NCBI GenBank assembly: GCA_964016885.1
Contig: OZ024743.1
Coordinates: 323,020,001-323,084,000, forward strand
Direction: 5' to 3'
Length of the DNA: 64,000 bases
DNA from: Eledone cirrhosa
Lineage: Eukaryota
Every line of letters starts with the position of its first letter. Position 1 is the stretch's first letter. Below, in pieces: positions 55,684-64,000 of the stretch. The notes below the pieces were generated by a model that was not told the origin of the DNA, did no database searches, and saw nothing but the letters and a program-made list of their open reading frames with translations. The translations under genes and the position numbers were made by a program.

Positions 55684-55722
<39 letters not shown>

Positions 55723-55960
55723 CATACAAATACATATATACATATATATATACATATATATATATGTAGATAAATCTACCAAGAGTTTACGGTAGTATCC
55801 AATCCGTATGAAGAACTCAATGTAATCCGGATATCATGGAAAGAAGAGATGCAATGAAAAATCACTTTCGGTGAAAGATAAACGGAATACAGAGTCAAGA
55901 TAAAATATTAAAAAATAATGAATAAAACAATGAAACAGTTCCTTATATTAACAAAAAAAG

Positions 55961-56114
55961 TTCATTATTTAACGATCGTTTCTGGGATATATATGTGTTA
56001 GAATTGGCATGTATATTTAACAGATCTATGTACAAAATTATACAAAATTATACAAACTATCAAAATTAAATATACATACCAACTCATATATATGCTGTCT
56101 TCAGAAATAATGAA
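55961..56114 (-). ncRNA. Type I hammerhead with long helix II (inverted copy)
   Basis: Minus: TTCATTATTT-CTGAAGA ... GAAAC-GATC-GTT-AAATAATGAA. Confidence 0.7.
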
Positions 56115-56689
56115 ATATATTTATTGATAATAACAACAATTCAAAATTACAGGTCTGTTTGGGAACAGAGTTCAAATTGACCAATGGAAACACAAAAAGT
56201 TTATACAGTTAGGTGTGTGTATATATGTAAGTAACTTCGTTCATATATGCATAAAAATATATGTTCACATGCATACGCATGCCGAAAAGATGTATGTAAA
56301 TACAAAAATTCAGGGCTAATGTCTCTGTATGTTTATAATCTACAGATAAAATACATATACGCATATAAACATATAAAAATAAATATATACACATTCATAT
56401 ACTCACACATATACATACATTCACACACACACGCGCATATACGCATAAACATACACACAACCACGAACATACATACACACACACACTCACACACACATAT
56501 ATGTGTATATACTATTATCATAAGCATATGGACATTAATGCGCGCACATAAACACTGCCACACATATTTAGATCCAGATACAGAAAGTAGGTGGGGGGGG
56601 GGGGGGAGATCAGTATTTACTGGTGTCAGCAAACTGCCTATTTATAAATGTATCTATAAATTTAGAAATAAAAAGAAAAGAAAAAAGAA

Positions 56690-57047
56690 AAATATATATA
56701 TATATATAAACAAGTAAAATATAAAATATACATCGATATACATACACATATATATATATATATACATATATATACATACATATACATACACATATACATA
56801 AACACATACATACACATACATATACATACACACACATATATATACACACATACACATACACACACGCACATACATATACACATATAAATACATAGACATA
56901 TACATATATACACACATATATATATACATATATATATACACACATACATATGTACATACATTCACAACACACATATATATATATATATATATCTATACAC
57001 ACATACATAAATACACTCATGTATATACACATATACACATACATACC

Positions 57048-57093
<46 letters not shown>

Positions 57094-57098
57094 CATAT

Positions 57099-57146
<48 letters not shown>

Positions 57147-57765
57147 ACACACACATGTACACATACACATATACACAAAGATATATATATATATACACAC
57201 ACGTATATAATAAATATATATATACATATATATATATACACATATATATATATACACACATATATATACATACATACATATATATACTCATACATAGACA
57301 TATATATATACACACACACATACACACATACATATACGCATATATACACATACATACACATCCATGTATGCGTATACACATACAAACACAACCACGCGCT
57401 CACACAACTCAGACATACATAAATAAAGGGATATACATACACATATATACATATATAAATAGAGATATATATACACATATAAATATATACATACATACAC
57501 ACACACATATACATACACATACATACATACATACATATGCATACACACACACATATATATACATATATATATATATACATATATATACATATATATAAAA
57601 TAAAGAAATAAAAAAATAAAATAAAGAAATAAATTAATACACCCAGTCAGACAAATATGCACATACATACATATACATATATATACACATATACATATAT
57701 ATATATATATATATATACATACACATACATACATATATATATATATACACATACACACATCAACT

Positions 57766-57827
<62 letters not shown>

Positions 57828-57938
57828 TCACATATACATGCACATATACGTACATATATACACATACACACATATACACATAGACGTATACATGCGCATA
57901 CATATACATACACACATATACCCACATAAATACATATA

Positions 57939-57996
<58 letters not shown>

Positions 57997-58110
57997 CAAT
58001 CATACACCCTTATTTACATGCGCACATATGTATTTTATACTCACATACAAACACCCAAACATACATACCTACCTACATATACATACATCCACGCTTACAA
58101 ATACAAATAA
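56690..58110. repeat. Compound (TA)/(CA) low-complexity tract
   Basis: Direct reading. Confidence 0.9.
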
Positions 58111-58643
58111 TAATGGGGGGGGGGGGAGGGGATTATAGTAAATATAGGTTTCAAGAAACATAGAATATTAATCTGCATTTAGATCATAATATGTGTTTAC
58201 ATAGTAGTTTCAGTATTAGGAAATGTAAGAAAGAAGGCAAAATTATGCATTTTAATATAAGTAGACTATTAATTATAGGTTAACTAAATTAAAGATAGTT
58301 AATATATTGATTTCTAAGGTGTATACTACTTAGGTTTATAATATTTGAAGCGGAATTTTGAAGTTAAATAGTAGTAGAGTATTAATTATAGTATAACTAA
58401 ATTAAAATTATTAACGTTATGGTATCAATATTAGGAAATGAATTTATTAATAGGGAAAAAAACCAAATAAAGTATTACATCGGTAGTAGAATATAAATTA
58501 TAGGTTAACTAAATTAAAAATTATTTATTAATTTCTATAGTATATGTTAATTAGGTTTATAATAATTAAAACAGATATTGTATTTTATCTATAGTAGAAT
58601 ATAATTATAGGTAAACAAAAATTAAAATTAATATATACACACA

Positions 58644-59439
58644 TATAAAAGTAATATATATGAGTAATATATATGATGAAACAGATACCAACATATCTGT
58701 ATTTATATTGCAAAAGAAAGTTAGCCAGACTGAAGAATATTAATTATTTTACCACAGTTCGTCCACATCGATTTAAAATAATAATAATAATAAATCGACA
58801 AAAACTAGCTGTGCTGCCAAATGGCAATGATGTTTATACATATTTAAATTTCAAAGTCAAACCTGTTCAGTAGATAAGCTTAAACCTCAAAATCCAAACA
58901 TGTTTCGAGATGGATATAAGTGTAGGAATATCATGCCACTGCTCTCCTCAGTAAACATCCAGAGACAATTGATAAGCTTCACTTCTAAATAATTTAAAAG
59001 ACTGTGTGACGCACATGGGTTCACAGATTCAGGCTAGTCTCATAACCGTACTGCTAGAAATAACAGTTGTATATATGAGGCGAATTTTAGCTCGACGAAG
59101 AGCCGTTATATTAAGTGTAAGGAATTCTTTTACAATGGAATTAGCTCGAAAGGAAATATTCCTGAGCCGTGTATAAAAGTAATATATATGAGTAATATAT
59201 ATGATGAAACAGATACCAACATATCTGTATTTATATTGCAAAAGAAAGTTAGCCAGACTGAAGAATATTAATTATTTTACCACAGTTCGTCCACATCGAT
59301 TTAAAATAATAATAATAATAAATCGACAAAAACTAGCTGTGCTGCCAAATGGCAATGATGTTTATACATATTTAAATTTCAAAGTCAAACCTGTTCAGTA
59401 GATAAGCTTAAACCTCAAAATCCAAACATGTTTCGAGAT
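58644..59439. repeat. 268-bp identical direct repeat (58644-58911 and 59172-59439; period 528)
   Basis: Identical sequence and duplicated 66-aa ORF calls. Confidence 0.92.
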
Positions 59440-59457
59440 ATATACACACATATATAT

Positions 59458-59524
<67 letters not shown>

Positions 59525-59677
59525 CATATATATATATGCATATTTTTTCAAAAATTGCAAAGAATATATTAACTAGGTATACATCTAAAACCTATCTTGT
59601 GTTTCCATTGGTCAATTTGAACTCTGTTCCCAAACAGACCTGTAATTTTGAATTGTTGTTATTATCAATAAATATAT

Positions 59678-59821
59678 TTCATTATTTCTGAAGACGGCAT
59701 ATATATGAGTTGGTATGTATATTTAATTTTGATAGTTTGTATAATTTTGTACATAGATCTGTTAAATATACATGCCAATTCTAACACATATATATCCCAG
59801 AAACGATCGTTAAATAATGAA
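59678..59821 (+). ncRNA. Type I hammerhead with ~105-nt helix II
   Basis: 10-bp helix I TTCATTATTT/AAATAATGAA; CTGAAGA 59688-59694; helix II includes AGTTGGTATGTATATTTAA/TTAAATATACATGCCAATT; GAAAC-GATC-GTT 59800-59811. Confidence 0.72.
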
Positions 59822-59923
59822 CTTTTTTTGTTTAATATAAGGAACTGTTTCATTGTTTTATTCATTATTTTTTTAATATTTTTACATATATATATATATA
59901 TATACATACAAATACATATATAC

Positions 59924-59958
<35 letters not shown>

Positions 59959-59965
59959 CATACAA

Positions 59966-59998
<33 letters not shown>

Positions 59999-60175
59999 TA
60001 TATACATATATATATATATACATATATACATATATATATATATATACATATATACATATATATATATATACATATATACATATATATATATATATACATA
60101 TATACATATATATATATATATACATATATATACATATATATACATATATATATACATATATACATATATATATAT

Positions 60176-60222
<47 letters not shown>

Positions 60223-60289
60223 CAAATATATATATACATACAAATATATATATATACATATATATGTATATATATACATATATATATAA

Positions 60290-60652
60290 TGGAAAATTTG
60301 AACAGGAACAAAACAGGCAGTACAACGAATGTTTATTAATTTCACGCTCTTGAGAGTGGGGGGTGGTGGGGAACGACGTTTCGGGCATAAGCCCTTCTTA
60401 GGTGAAAAGTGTGGGAAGAGAGTTCCTAGGGTGTGTAGGGGAGTGGTGGAGAGACACGTAGCGAAAAGGGGGTGGGAGGAAACGGTTCGAATGAAATTAA
60501 AAATAAAAGCATGATCGAAATAGGGTAAAACAGGTGGTGGAAGGTGTAGGGGTGGTGGCAGGTGGGGAGAGGGAGGTGGTGTGTGTGTATGTGAAAGCAA
60601 GGGTTGGGGGAAGAACGGGGTTGCATGTTCAGGAAGAGGTGTGTGTGGGGTG
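60290..60652 (-). mobile_element. PLE 3' terminal repeat remnant with minimal hammerhead (60372-60405)
   Basis: Minus: pyrimidine-rich tract, CTAAGA-A-GGGC-ttat-GCCC-GAAACGTC (core lacks one G), then AATAAA. Confidence 0.6.

Positions 60653-64000
<3,348 letters not shown>

Noticed and set aside
55795-55890. Hammerhead-like TCCGT-ATGAAGA...GAAA...ACGGA
   Set aside because: Core C3 is missing and no convincing helix III or cleavage triplet

Overview
AT-rich, repeat-dense animal genomic DNA. The SINE/LINE repertoire and huge (TA)n tracts look cephalopod (Octopus-like), which is an inference. The only host coding sequence I can support is one exon (13994-14453, +) of a furin-like proprotein convertase; the rest is upstream or intronic DNA. 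It is filled with Penelope-like elements (Naiad-type), RTE and CR1-type LINEs, two tRNA-derived SINE families, two non-autonomous Helitrons, a DD37D (maT) transposon, hAT/piggyBac/pogo-like MITEs, a Ty3/gypsy LTR+gag relic and microsatellites. The most striking signal is RNA-structural. A highly homogeneous 310-bp tandem array (61091 to the window end, at least 9.4 units) carries a type I hammerhead ribozyme on the minus strand in every unit, with a palindromic minimal helix III inside a heavily self-complementary monomer: a candidate non-LTR retrozyme / self-cleaving circular RNA locus. About a dozen further intact or decayed hammerhead motifs are scattered through the window, several with unusually long (about 85-115 nt) helix II insertions, mostly at Penelope-like element ends. 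All structures were read by eye; none were computed or tested.
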